A program made the position numbers and the translations under genes. A DNA stretch of 64,000 bases from assembly GCA_963808235.1 (NCBI GenBank), contig CAWEEQ010000004.1, positions 1,920,001 to 1,984,000 on the forward strand, written 5' to 3'. The notes below the pieces were generated by a model, which was given only the letters and a program-made list of their open reading frames with translations, made no database searches and had not been told where the DNA came from. This document shows, piece after piece, positions 9,065 through 18,454 of this stretch. Positions within the stretch are counted from its first letter, which is position 1, and the number at the start of each line of letters is the position of its first letter. The stretch is from an uncultured delta proteobacterium (lineage in GTDB: Bacteria; Desulfobacterota; Binatia; Binatales; Binataceae).

Positions 9065-10414
9065 ATGAGATTCATGCCACATACCGAATCTGACGTCGCG
9101 GCGATGCTCGATACGATCGGCGCGAAACATCTCGACGATCTCATCGCGCATGTGCCGGCCAGTTTGCGCGCCACCGCGACGATCAATCTCGATCCCGGCC
9201 GCACCGAGGCCGACGTCGTCGCCGAAATTTCCGCGCTCGCGGCGCGCAACCCCGGCGCCTCGGGGTTCGCCAGCTTCCTCGGCGCCGGCTACTACCGTCA
9301 TTACGTTCCCGCCGCGGTCCGCGCGGTGATTGCGCGTGCCGAGTTCGCGACCAGCTATACGCCGTACCAGGCCGAGGCCAGCCAAGGCACCACGCAGGCA
9401 ATCTTCGAATTCCAGACGCTCATCACTCAGCTCACCGCGATGGAAGTCGCCAACGCCAGCATGTACGACGGCGCATCAGCCGCCGCCGAAGCGGTCCTTA
9501 TGGCGCATCGCTTGATGCCGAAACGATCGGTCGTCGCCCTTTCTCGTGCGCTGTGGCCCGAATATCGCGAGACGATTCGCACCTACCTGAGCGCGCTCGC
9601 CGGACTCGAAATCGTCGAAGTCCCGTTTGACGAGGCGACCGGCGCGACCGACGCGGGTGCGCTCGGCCGAATCGCGAACGAACGCCTGCTGTGCACCGTG
9701 AGCGGATATCCCAATGCGTTCGGCATCATCGAGCCGCTCGGCGCGATCGCCGAGATGACGCATCGCGCGGGCGCACTCGCGATTTCCGCCACTGCGGAAG
9801 GCATCGCACTCGGTCTGCTCCGCGCGCCGGGCGATCTGAGCGTCGATATCGCGGTCGGCGAGGGCCAGAGTTTCGGCCTGCCGCTGCAATTCGGCGGCCC
9901 CGGCGTCGGTTTCATGGCCGCGCGGATGACCCATCTTCGCCAGATGCCGGGCCGGCTGGTCGGCCAGACTCGCGATCGCGACGGCCGCCGCGCCTTCTGC
10001 CTGACGCTCGCGACCCGCGAGCAGCACATCCGCCGCGAGCGCGCCACTTCCAATATCTGCACAAATCACTCTCTGTGCGCACTGGCCGCGACGGTCTATC
10101 TCTCCCTGATGGGCCGCGCTGGTCTGCGCGATCTGGCCGAGCAAAACGTCGAGCTAGCGCATCAAGCCGCCGATGTGCTCGAAGCGCGGGGAATCAAACG
10201 ACGCTTTTCGGGACCATTCTTCAACGAGTTCGTTTTGCGAGTCCCCAACGCCTCGAAGGCTCTGGAAGCTGCCGAGCGCAAACAAATTCTCGCTGGGATT
10301 GAAGTCGGCAACCATTGGACCGAAATTCCCGATGGGCTCCTGGTATCGGTCACGGAAATGAACCGGAGCGACGAATTCGGCCGGCTCGCGGCGGCGATCG
10401 CGGAGGTACGGTGA
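9065..10414 (+). CDS. gcvPA: Glycine dehydrogenase (decarboxylating) subunit 1
   Basis: SYTPYQAEASQG, NASMYDG, REQHIRRERATSNICTN. Confidence 0.96.
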   Translation: MRFMPHTESDVAAMLDTIGAKHLDDLIAHVPASLRATATINLDPGRTEADVVAEISALAARNPGASGFASFLGAGYYRHYVPAAVRAVIARAEFATSYTPYQAEASQGTTQAIFEFQTLITQLTAMEVANASMYDGASAAAEAVLMAHRLMPKRSVVALSRALWPEYRETIRTYLSALAGLEIVEVPFDEATGATDAGALGRIANERLLCTVSGYPNAFGIIEPLGAIAEMTHRAGALAISATAEGIALGLLRAPGDLSVDIAVGEGQSFGLPLQFGGPGVGFMAARMTHLRQMPGRLVGQTRDRDGRRAFCLTLATREQHIRRERATSNICTNHSLCALAATVYLSLMGRAGLRDLAEQNVELAHQAADVLEARGIKRRFSGPFFNEFVLRVPNASKALEAAERKQILAGIEVGNHWTEIPDGLLVSVTEMNRSDEFGRLAAAIAEVR

Positions 10415-11940
10415 TGGCAAGCGCGGGCAGAATCGTCGTCGTCACGGAAGACGAGACTTCTTCGACGCCGATCAGGATTGAGCCGGTGGCGGGAGTGCCG
10501 CTCATATTCGAGCTTTCATCCGACGGGCGGCGCGGTGCCGACCCATCGCCGCGTGCCGACGGTGCGCGGCGCGGTGCCGAGATCCTGGGCCCGGAGCTCT
10601 GCCGTGAGAATCTGCGCGGATTTCCCGAACTCAGCGAGCCGCAGGTGCTGCGTCATTTCCTGCGCCTGTCGCAACTCAACTTTGCCCAGGCGCTCCAGTT
10701 CTATCCGCTCGGCTCGTGCACGATGAAGTACAACCCGGTCGTCAATGACGAGCTGGCGGCGCTACCCGGCCTGGCCGGACTTCATCCCGAGACGCCAGCG
10801 CATCTCGCGCAGGGTGCGCTCGAATTGATCGCGCGGATGGAAGCGGCGCTCGCGGAGATCACCGGCATGGATGCCGTCTCGATGCATCCCGCGGCGGGCG
10901 CGCAGGGCGAGCTGACCGGCCTGCTGATGGTCCGCGCCTATCATCGTAAGCGCGGCGAGACGCGGCGCAAAGTGATCATCCCGGACACGGCGCACGGCAC
11001 CAATCCCGCAAGCTGCACCCTCGCCGGCTTCCAGGTCGTAGTCGCCAAATCGAACCGTCGCGGATATCTCGAAGCGGCGGAAGTTCGCCGGCTCGTGGAT
11101 GACGACGTGGCCGCAATGATGGTCACGAATCCGAACACGCTTGGAATTTTCGAGCCGCAGATCCAGGAGATCGCCGCCGTTCTGCACGAGCGTGGCGCGC
11201 TGCTCTACCTCGACGGCGCGAACATGAATGCGCTGCTCGGAGTTGCGAAGCCGGGGCACATGGGTGCGGACATCGTGCAGCTCAATCTGCACAAGACTTT
11301 CTCGACACCGCACGGTGGCGGCGGTCCCGGCGCCGGTCCGGTCGCGGTCAAAAAACATCTCGAGCCATTTTTGCCGATGCCGCGCTTGAAGCACACCGTC
11401 GCCGGTTATGAATTCGACACCGACCGCCCCGACTCGATCGGGCGGCTGCGCTCGTTCCATGGTAACTTCGGAATGATCGTGCGCGCGTACGCGTACATCC
11501 TGGCGCTCGGCGGCGATGGTCTCGGGATGGCGAGCCGGCTCGCGATTCTCGGCGCGAACTACGTGCGCACCCGGCTGCAACCGCACTTTCCGAGCGCTAG
11601 CGGCGAGCCTTCGATGCATGAATGCGTGCTGTCGCATGACCTCGAGAAGCGCGCCGACGTCAGCACGCTCGAGATCGCGAAGCGCCTGCTCGATTTCGGA
11701 ATCCATCCGCCGACGATCTATTTCCCGCTGGTGGTGCCCGGGGCACTCATGATCGAGCCGACCGAGACCGAGAGCAAGGAAATCCTCGACCGGTTCATCG
11801 ACGTGATGGAGCGTATTTACGACGAGGCGCTGAACGATCCCGAGCGCGTGAAGAACGCGCCGCAGACGCTGGCCGTCTCCCGCGTGGACGAGGCGGAGGC
11901 CGCGCGGCGTCCGATACTCCGCTGGATGCAGCCGGCGTAG
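10414..11940 (+). CDS. gcvPB: Glycine dehydrogenase (decarboxylating) subunit 2
   Basis: YPLGSCTMKYNP, AHGTNPAS, PLP-lysine motif LNLHKTFSTPHGGGGPG; ATG overlaps the gcvPA TGA. Confidence 0.96.
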   Translation: MASAGRIVVVTEDETSSTPIRIEPVAGVPLIFELSSDGRRGADPSPRADGARRGAEILGPELCRENLRGFPELSEPQVLRHFLRLSQLNFAQALQFYPLGSCTMKYNPVVNDELAALPGLAGLHPETPAHLAQGALELIARMEAALAEITGMDAVSMHPAAGAQGELTGLLMVRAYHRKRGETRRKVIIPDTAHGTNPASCTLAGFQVVVAKSNRRGYLEAAEVRRLVDDDVAAMMVTNPNTLGIFEPQIQEIAAVLHERGALLYLDGANMNALLGVAKPGHMGADIVQLNLHKTFSTPHGGGGPGAGPVAVKKHLEPFLPMPRLKHTVAGYEFDTDRPDSIGRLRSFHGNFGMIVRAYAYILALGGDGLGMASRLAILGANYVRTRLQPHFPSASGEPSMHECVLSHDLEKRADVSTLEIAKRLLDFGIHPPTIYFPLVVPGALMIEPTETESKEILDRFIDVMERIYDEALNDPERVKNAPQTLAVSRVDEAEAARRPILRWMQPA

Positions 11941-11949
11941 GCGCTGCTG

Positions 11950-12570
11950 CTATTTGCCGGCGAGCCCGGCCATCTTGAGTGCGCGCTGATAGTCCTCGGG
12001 CGTGTTCACGTTGAAGAAGCTGCTGAGCTCCGGGTCGAGGCGCCTGAGTTCCTGCTCGCCGACTCTTCGCGCATTGACTGCGCCGACATTGGCGGTTAGC
12101 CGCTTCTCACCGCTCGCCTCGAGAGCCTCGATCGCGTTGGCGCAACGTTTCCGATAGACGGCGTGCAGCGGCTGGAGCTTGCCGCCTACTTCCGGAATGA
12201 CTGCGTCGAAGTCATCGAGCATTCCGACCAGGTCCGCTGCCACGTCGGAATTCAGCAGCGGCAGATCGCATGAACATGCGAAGGCGACGTCGTGATCGAG
12301 CGCATTCAGGCCGCGCCGCAGCGCGTCCAGCGGTCCCGCGAACGCGGCTTCGTCGTGGACGATCTTCAAGCCGGGAATTTCGACCTTAGGCTGCCCCGCC
12401 GATTCGGGCGCCGCGACGATCACGATTTCATCGAACCACCATTTGAGCTCGATGACTATCCGGGTGAGCAACGGGATGCCGCCGAAATCGAGCGCCGCCT
12501 TGGGCTGGCCCATCCGCGAGCTTTGCCCGCCGACCAGGACGATCGCGCCGGCTTGGTTTGCCAGAGACAC
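11950..12570 (-). CDS. mobA: Molybdenum cofactor guanylyltransferase
   Basis: LVGGQSSRMGQPKA, GPL, CDLP, PLHAVY, FFNVNTPED. Confidence 0.9.
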   Translation of the reverse strand: MSLANQAGAIVLVGGQSSRMGQPKAALDFGGIPLLTRIVIELKWWFDEIVIVAAPESAGQPKVEIPGLKIVHDEAAFAGPLDALRRGLNALDHDVAFACSCDLPLLNSDVAADLVGMLDDFDAVIPEVGGKLQPLHAVYRKRCANAIEALEASGEKRLTANVGAVNARRVGEQELRRLDPELSSFFNVNTPEDYQRALKMAGLAGK

Positions 12571-12599
12571 GCGCCGAGTCTAGCAGAGCGCGCTGGAAT

Positions 12600-13225
12600 T
12601 TATGCGGCGGCGTTAAGGCTTGCGATTGCGCGGTTTGCGCGCAGCTCGGTCCCTATAATCCGCAAAACCTCGGGATGGAAAATCAGCGCGAGATGTCCCA
12701 CGTCGTGCAGCACGATGATCCGGCCGAACGCGTCGCGATGAAGCATCTCTTCGATCGGCGCAGGCACGATCGGATCGTCATCGCCGAAAATTCCAACCTC
12801 ATTCGGACTTCGCTGGCCATACGAATACGGCGAGCCGAGCGTGATCAGGGAGCGCACCGCGCCAGTCGGCGCATCGGCCGCGTAACGGCGCGCAATCGTG
12901 CCGCCGAGACTGTGCCCGATAAGATGCACGCCGGTCGTGCCGCCTTTCTCCTCGACCAGGTGCCCAAGATCTGCGGCTGAATCGTCGATCGAGCGCCATC
13001 GCGGATATTCGAAATGAATGATGTTGTCGAATCCCGCCAGACGCAGATAAGCCGACAGCGCGAGCAGATTGGAGCGGCTGCCGCCGAATCCGTGCGCGAG
13101 GATTACCGGCTCGCTGCCGGGCGCGCAGTAGTACGGTTCTGTTTTTCTCAGCAGCCAATCGAGGGGATACGAACTATCAGGGCGCCAGCAGCGGCGATCT
13201 CGGTAACGATGGTTCTAGACTTCAT
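12600..13225 (-). CDS. Alpha/beta hydrolase (esterase/lipase), single-base frameshift near 13172
   Basis: Manual read: ATG 13225 after AGGA; after a one-base shift reads SYPLDWLL...VILAHGFGG...HLIGHSLGG...DDPIV...VGH; span 626 nt (3n-1). Confidence 0.8.
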
Positions 13226-13354
13226 GTTCCTGACTCCTGGTCCCTCTAACAAAAACGTAACCACGCCATATTCACCGGGCAAGCACTGCGGTGGCGGTTT
13301 GCCGAACGCACGATACGAGCGCACAATGCCCACGAAAACCACGAAAAACCGTCC

Positions 13355-13400
13355 CGTCAAATTCCACCCTGGTCAAGTTAACCGGCACCGGAATTTGACG
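13355..13400. promoter_or_regulatory. Perfect 11-bp inverted repeat in the SDR leader
   Basis: CGTCAAATTCC (13355-13365) and GGAATTTGACG (13390-13400), ending 21 nt before ATG 13422. Confidence 0.5.
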
Positions 13401-13421
13401 CACCATATCGAGGTAACAGCC

Positions 13422-14309
13422 ATGAGCGAAGCCAAGAGGGAATCCAAGGGCCTTTTGCGCGGATACTTCTTCGACAAATCAGTCCTGGTGACCGGCGCGT
13501 CGAGCGGAATCGGCCATGACGTCGCGCTGGCGTTCGGCCAGCAGGGTGCGCAAGTCGCGATACTTGCGCGACGCAAGTTGCATCTCGACGAACTCGCAAA
13601 AAAAATCGTCAAGGCTGGCGGCAAGGCTCTGGCTCTCGACTGCGACGTGACCGATCGGGCGCGCGTGTTCTCCGCCGTCGACCAGGTCAAGGAGTCGTTC
13701 GGCAAAGTCGATATCCTGATCAACTCGGCCGGATTGCTCATCTCGGACTCGGTCGAGCAGATGCGCCCCGAAGATCTGGAAAAAATGATGGCGGTGAATC
13801 TGTTCGGCGCGGTAAACGCGATGCAGGCCGTTCTGCCACTCATGCGCAAGGCCAAAAGCGGCAACATCGTGAATATCTCGTCGCTCGCGGGACGCCGCGG
13901 CATGACGCCGCTTGCCGGATACAGCGCGACCAAGTTCGCGCTGGTCGGACTGACCGAGGCGCTGCGCGTGGAACTCTTCAACACCGGAATCAAAGTGTCG
14001 CTGGTGATGCCCGGAGTTATCGACACGCCGATGGCGCACGGCGCACTCAAACACGATTCGCTCAAAGACCTGCCCGGCGCGACGTTCGCGATGCCGGCGC
14101 GCTGGGTGACGTGGGCAGTTCTCGCCGCAGCCGCGTTCAGCCTCACCGAAGTGGACGTGCCGCCTGGCGCCGCGGTCGTGGAGAAACTAGCGTCGCTGTT
14201 CCCTAGCGTTACTGACGCGTTCCTGAGCGTCGGCACCAGGCTCATGCAGAGTGCAGGCGCGATGATGGGCGGTGGAAGTAAGTCGGGAGGAAAGTCCAAG
14301 CCGCACTGA
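13422..14309 (+). CDS. Short-chain dehydrogenase/reductase (SDR)
   Basis: VTGASSGIG, NSAG, NISS, YSATK catalytic motif; ATG 13422 after GAGG. Confidence 0.93.
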   Translation: MSEAKRESKGLLRGYFFDKSVLVTGASSGIGHDVALAFGQQGAQVAILARRKLHLDELAKKIVKAGGKALALDCDVTDRARVFSAVDQVKESFGKVDILINSAGLLISDSVEQMRPEDLEKMMAVNLFGAVNAMQAVLPLMRKAKSGNIVNISSLAGRRGMTPLAGYSATKFALVGLTEALRVELFNTGIKVSLVMPGVIDTPMAHGALKHDSLKDLPGATFAMPARWVTWAVLAAAAFSLTEVDVPPGAAVVEKLASLFPSVTDAFLSVGTRLMQSAGAMMGGGSKSGGKSKPH

Positions 14310-14339
14310 TTCGCGCGGCTTCCACAACGATCCTGCCCG

Positions 14340-15542
14340 CTACGGCCGGCGGCGAGTGCGGAGCCCGGCGATCGAGATCAGCGCCATCAGTGCAGTGATG
14401 CCGAGCGCGAATTCCATGGCGGCGCGCGGACTTGCCACCACGATCGCATGGCCCATGATCCACGGTACGAAGATTCCGCCGAGTGCCCCGCCTGCGACCA
14501 CGATTGACGTCATCCGTCCGACTTCCGAAGGAAAGCGCGCCGCGCCGACCGCAATCATGTTCGGGAATATCGGCCCGTAGCCGAATCCAATCAGAACGAT
14601 CATGGGCGCGGCGAGACTACGCGTGGTCGGTACCGCGATCAAAACTACCAACGCCGCGGCGGAGACCGCGGATGCCAGCATCGTAAATTCTCGCGCGGCG
14701 ATGTAGTGCGCAAGGCGTCCGCCAATCAGGCGTCCCAGAATCAAACCGGCCCAGTAGAGCGACACGCCCCACGACGCAAGCGATTCGTTGAGCGCACCTG
14801 CGGTGCGAAGATACAAAAACAGCCACGCTCCGATCCCGGTTTCGGCGCCGACATAGAGAAACAGCACCGCGCCCAAAACCCAGATGAGCGGGCGCGTCAG
14901 CATCGGGATGAATCCGTCGCCGCGCGCGGCAACCACGCGAGTCTCGATAGTTGGAGTGGTGCCGAGCAGGACAACGATCAACGCTGAAAATGCCGCACCG
15001 GCGCCGAACATGATCGAGTAGCGGATATGGTTCGAGAGCGCGAAGCCGGCGATGATCGGTCCGATCAAGGCTCCTACACCGAACATCACATGCAGATAAT
15101 TCAGCGCTGCGGCGAGGCGGTCGCGATTCAGATCGACGACCATAGCGTTGCTGGCGACGTTGACGGCGCCGTAGCCAAGCCCGGCTACAAACGCCGCGCA
15201 TAGCAGGCCCATAAGCGCGGACGCAAAGCTGAGACCGAACAGGCCGGCGCTCACCAGGAGCATCGACGCGCAGAGCGTGTTCTGCGCACTCCATCGATGG
15301 CTGGTTTCGCCAGCCGCGAGCAACGCGATCAGATAGCCGGCGGCGGTAGCACTGACGATCAAGCCTGCGCTGTCGATTGAAATATGTACGACGCGCGAAA
15401 TCTCAGGAAGAAAAGGGCCAATCCAGCCTGCGTTGATTCCTTCGACAAAGATGCATGAGTAGGCGAGCCAGGTGAGCCGGCGCTCTTGCGATTGCTTCGA
15501 GGAGTGAAGGAGAGCCGACGCGGGAGACGTGACTTGTTTCAA
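14340..15542 (-). CDS. MFS transporter (TsgA/FucP-like)
   Basis: 12 TM segments, LNYLHVMFGVGALIGP, FLYVGAETG, GPIFP. Confidence 0.85.
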   Translation of the reverse strand: MKQVTSPASALLHSSKQSQERRLTWLAYSCIFVEGINAGWIGPFLPEISRVVHISIDSAGLIVSATAAGYLIALLAAGETSHRWSAQNTLCASMLLVSAGLFGLSFASALMGLLCAAFVAGLGYGAVNVASNAMVVDLNRDRLAAALNYLHVMFGVGALIGPIIAGFALSNHIRYSIMFGAGAAFSALIVVLLGTTPTIETRVVAARGDGFIPMLTRPLIWVLGAVLFLYVGAETGIGAWLFLYLRTAGALNESLASWGVSLYWAGLILGRLIGGRLAHYIAAREFTMLASAVSAAALVVLIAVPTTRSLAAPMIVLIGFGYGPIFPNMIAVGAARFPSEVGRMTSIVVAGGALGGIFVPWIMGHAIVVASPRAAMEFALGITALMALISIAGLRTRRRP

Positions 15543-15687
15543 TTACCCTTGTGGCTTTCGCCCCCGTTTAAGCTTTTCGCCGCCGCAATATCGTACGCCA
15601 ATATTCGCCGGGCATGCGATGCTCTTCAGCGGGCATACTCCACCGCGGTGGCAAGCCGTTGGGTGCCGCAACTGTTGCGCCGTCTCC

Positions 15688-17283
15688 TCAGGGCGTCTCT
15701 GACGGGAAGAGAATGCGATCGATCGCAAGGCGCTCCTGGCGCGATGGATCGTTCTCGACCCGGCTCTTACTGTCGAAGATCATAGTCGCGCGCTCCGTGG
15801 CGGAGTACGCAGGCCAGTGCGGTGCGTTGCCGGTGTTAGGATCGCCCGTTTGAGCGAACGCGATCCAGCGTCCGCTCATCTCGGCGGCCAGCTCGTGCAC
15901 CTCGGGGCTATCGGGCGCGAGGCGGGGCGCAAGCGGCTCACCCGCGTGGTCGAATACGAAAGTGATCTCCAGCGCGTGCGGTGACTTCATTCGGCCGCCC
16001 GCGATCGGCGTCTCCCACTCGAACCGGTAGAGGTACCCTGGCGCACCGCCCTGCTCGCTCTTGCGCTGCGCGATCTTGCGCGAGAACGCACCGGTCGGAT
16101 ATTCGGCGCCGATCAGGAAGAACAGGTCGGATGGAGTCGCGCCGGGATTGGCGCCGCGGAACTCCTCGATCACGCGCGCGGAATTGTCGCGCAGCATGAA
16201 CTTGACACGGCGCTGAAGACCCTCTTCGTCGAGCGCAAAGGCCTCGCGGTCGCCCGCCATGAACAGCGTTGGTTCGGTGCGATTGTAGCCGATCATCACC
16301 GGCACGTCGGCGCACAAAGGTGAGGCCTTGGGGTCGAACGGGTGCTGCTCGAGAGTTTGCTTGTCGACCACTGGAGCAAAGCCCTGCCGGAATCCCACCA
16401 CGCGCCGTCCGAGTTTGCGCTCGACCGCGGCCTGTGCGGCGACGATGCGCTCGACCGCAACGGTCTGGATTTCGCCGACGCGTGCGCGATCGAGGCCCAA
16501 CTCCGCCAGCAGCATATCGGCGACCTCGACCGCACCGGCAGGCTCGAGCATCCGGAATCCCGGACCGCTCTGGATCGCCGCGCGATGAAAGAGTCCCTTG
16601 GCCGAGGGCATCGCGAGCAGGGTCGAGACCTTCGCGCCGCCTCCCGATTCGCCAAAGGTCATAACGTTGCGCGGGTCGCCTCCGAATTGTGCGATATTGT
16701 CGCGGACCCATCGGAGCGCCGCGACCAGGTCGAGCATCCCGACGTTGACTGCCGATGTGAACTGCTCGCCGCCGACTCCGGCGATATAGGTATATCCAAG
16801 CGCGCCGAGCCGATGGTTGACGGTCACCACCACCACGTCACCGCGCTGCGCGAGGCGTTCGCCGCCGTACATCAGAGGTGAGCCTGAGCTCGCGGCAAAG
16901 CCGCCGCCGTGGCACCAGAACATCACGGGACGCTTGCCGCCGTCGCCGAGTCCTCGAGTCCAGACATTGAGTACCAGGCAGTCTTCGCTTTCCTCTATGC
17001 CGTCGGCGTCACCGTACGCGGCGAACCCGCTCCGCGGATCGACCAGACCACGCATCGAGGACGGATTTTGCGGCGCGCTCGGTCCGTAGTCGAAGGCATC
17101 GCGCACACCGGCCCATGGCTGCGGTGCGATCGGCGGCATGAAACGATTTTTGCCGGCGGTTGAAGCGCCGTAGGGAATTCCCCTGAAGATGCTGATACCG
17201 TCGGCGGTTATTCCGCGAACTTTACCACTCGTAGTTTCGACGACTGGTTCCAGCGTCCCCAAGCGCACAGAAGTTGACGCCAT
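15688..17283 (-). CDS. Type-B carboxylesterase/lipase (pnbA-like)
   Basis: FRGIPYG, SEDCLVLNVW, HGGG, FGESGG nucleophile motif, H in PHALE. Confidence 0.93.
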   Translation of the reverse strand: MASTSVRLGTLEPVVETTSGKVRGITADGISIFRGIPYGASTAGKNRFMPPIAPQPWAGVRDAFDYGPSAPQNPSSMRGLVDPRSGFAAYGDADGIEESEDCLVLNVWTRGLGDGGKRPVMFWCHGGGFAASSGSPLMYGGERLAQRGDVVVVTVNHRLGALGYTYIAGVGGEQFTSAVNVGMLDLVAALRWVRDNIAQFGGDPRNVMTFGESGGGAKVSTLLAMPSAKGLFHRAAIQSGPGFRMLEPAGAVEVADMLLAELGLDRARVGEIQTVAVERIVAAQAAVERKLGRRVVGFRQGFAPVVDKQTLEQHPFDPKASPLCADVPVMIGYNRTEPTLFMAGDREAFALDEEGLQRRVKFMLRDNSARVIEEFRGANPGATPSDLFFLIGAEYPTGAFSRKIAQRKSEQGGAPGYLYRFEWETPIAGGRMKSPHALEITFVFDHAGEPLAPRLAPDSPEVHELAAEMSGRWIAFAQTGDPNTGNAPHWPAYSATERATMIFDSKSRVENDPSRQERLAIDRILFPSETP

Positions 17284-17380
17284 AAAGGTGAGCCTCCCGA
17301 TATTTCGCTCAGCTACTCTTAGCCGAACCTCGGTCGCGGTGTCGAACAGTTATCGGTCGAACTTGTCGAGTAGTGAAATC

Positions 17381-18130
17381 CTACATAAAGTATGGCTTGG
17401 ACAGCTCGTCGAATCTGCCGTACATCAGCCACACCTTCACGTTGAATGCATGCGGATGTTCGACCGGCTCACGGCCAACGGTCTTGAGTCCGAGTTGCTT
17501 GTAGAGTTCGTAGAGCGGCTCGACCGGATTGGTGATCAGCAACTGCGGGCGGCGAGAGAATACAAACAGTCGCGCGGTGTCCGACATCATCTTGACCAGC
17601 CCCTTGCCCTGGTAGTTCGGGTCGATCACCATCCCGCCGAACTCGAATACTTCAGACGCGAGCAGCCCCTTGAACAGTTGCGGAGGATACAGATGACCGA
17701 GCGTGAGCGGCGCTTCGGCAAGGCATCGCGCCCAGAACGCGCCGATCAGCGGAGGGCGTCGACGCTCGCTGCCCGGGCGCACCGAGTAAAGTCCGAAGTG
17801 AATCGCGAGCGGCCACAGGAGCACGTGCACGCGCTTTTCCTGGACGTTCAGATTGCTCCAGGTGCGCTTGTGCAGCGCGGCCAGTTCGCGCAGACCCTGT
17901 GGCGTTCCGATCGGACGAACTTCGAGCCGCCCTTCGAGATCCAGGTTCTTGGGCGGGCGCAGTGGCGGACCGCCGGGCTCGCGCGCAACTGACGGCGGCT
18001 TTTCTTCGGGAGGCTCGTCTGGATTAGGAGAGTCGGCGAGATTTTCAGGGGTGCCCGGTTCCGCGGTGCGGCGATGCGCTCGCGACGAGATCATCGCCTC
18101 GATCAGATCACCGTTCTTTTCCCCCGGCAT
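17381..18130 (-). CDS. GNAT-fold acyltransferase (N-acyl amino acid synthase or LuxI-like fold) with disordered N-terminus
   Basis: EFGGMVIDPNYQGKG acyl-donor motif A and LYKQLGL motif B; Pro/Glu-rich N-terminal extension. Confidence 0.55.
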   Translation of the reverse strand: MPGEKNGDLIEAMISSRAHRRTAEPGTPENLADSPNPDEPPEEKPPSVAREPGGPPLRPPKNLDLEGRLEVRPIGTPQGLRELAALHKRTWSNLNVQEKRVHVLLWPLAIHFGLYSVRPGSERRRPPLIGAFWARCLAEAPLTLGHLYPPQLFKGLLASEVFEFGGMVIDPNYQGKGLVKMMSDTARLFVFSRRPQLLITNPVEPLYELYKQLGLKTVGREPVEHPHAFNVKVWLMYGRFDELSKPYFM

Positions 18131-18387
18131 TAGTGACCCCGCCGCGCCGTCGCATTTTCGAAGACGCCGATTTAAAACCCCGCCACAACCCGCCGCTCCC
18201 CGACGGCTGACCCCTCCGCATTACGACGCGCGTACACCCGCTAATAGCGGCAAGACGCCAACAACTGATGCTCTATCTTCGTACAGCATAGGCGACCGAA
18301 TGTGAAGCGAAATCACGAACATCGCGCAAAATCGTGAATATTTTTCAGCGCCGAAATCGTGGCGGAGCATCGTCTCGACCCGAAATG

Positions 18388-18416
18388 AAAAAGGGCGCCC
18401 CTGAAGGACGCCCTTT
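18388..18416 (-). terminator. Rho-independent terminator of the aldehyde dehydrogenase gene
   Basis: Minus strand AAAGGGCGTCC-TTCAG-GGGCGCCCTTTTT: GC stem plus U tract about 40 nt past the stop. Confidence 0.8.
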
Positions 18417-18454
18417 CCGATCAATCAATCGAACAATTCTCGATCTTCGCGCGG

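Noticed and set aside
18301-18317. TGTGA-N7-TCACG as a CRP/FNR site
   Set aside because: The spacer is 7 nt rather than 6 and one half site is imperfect.
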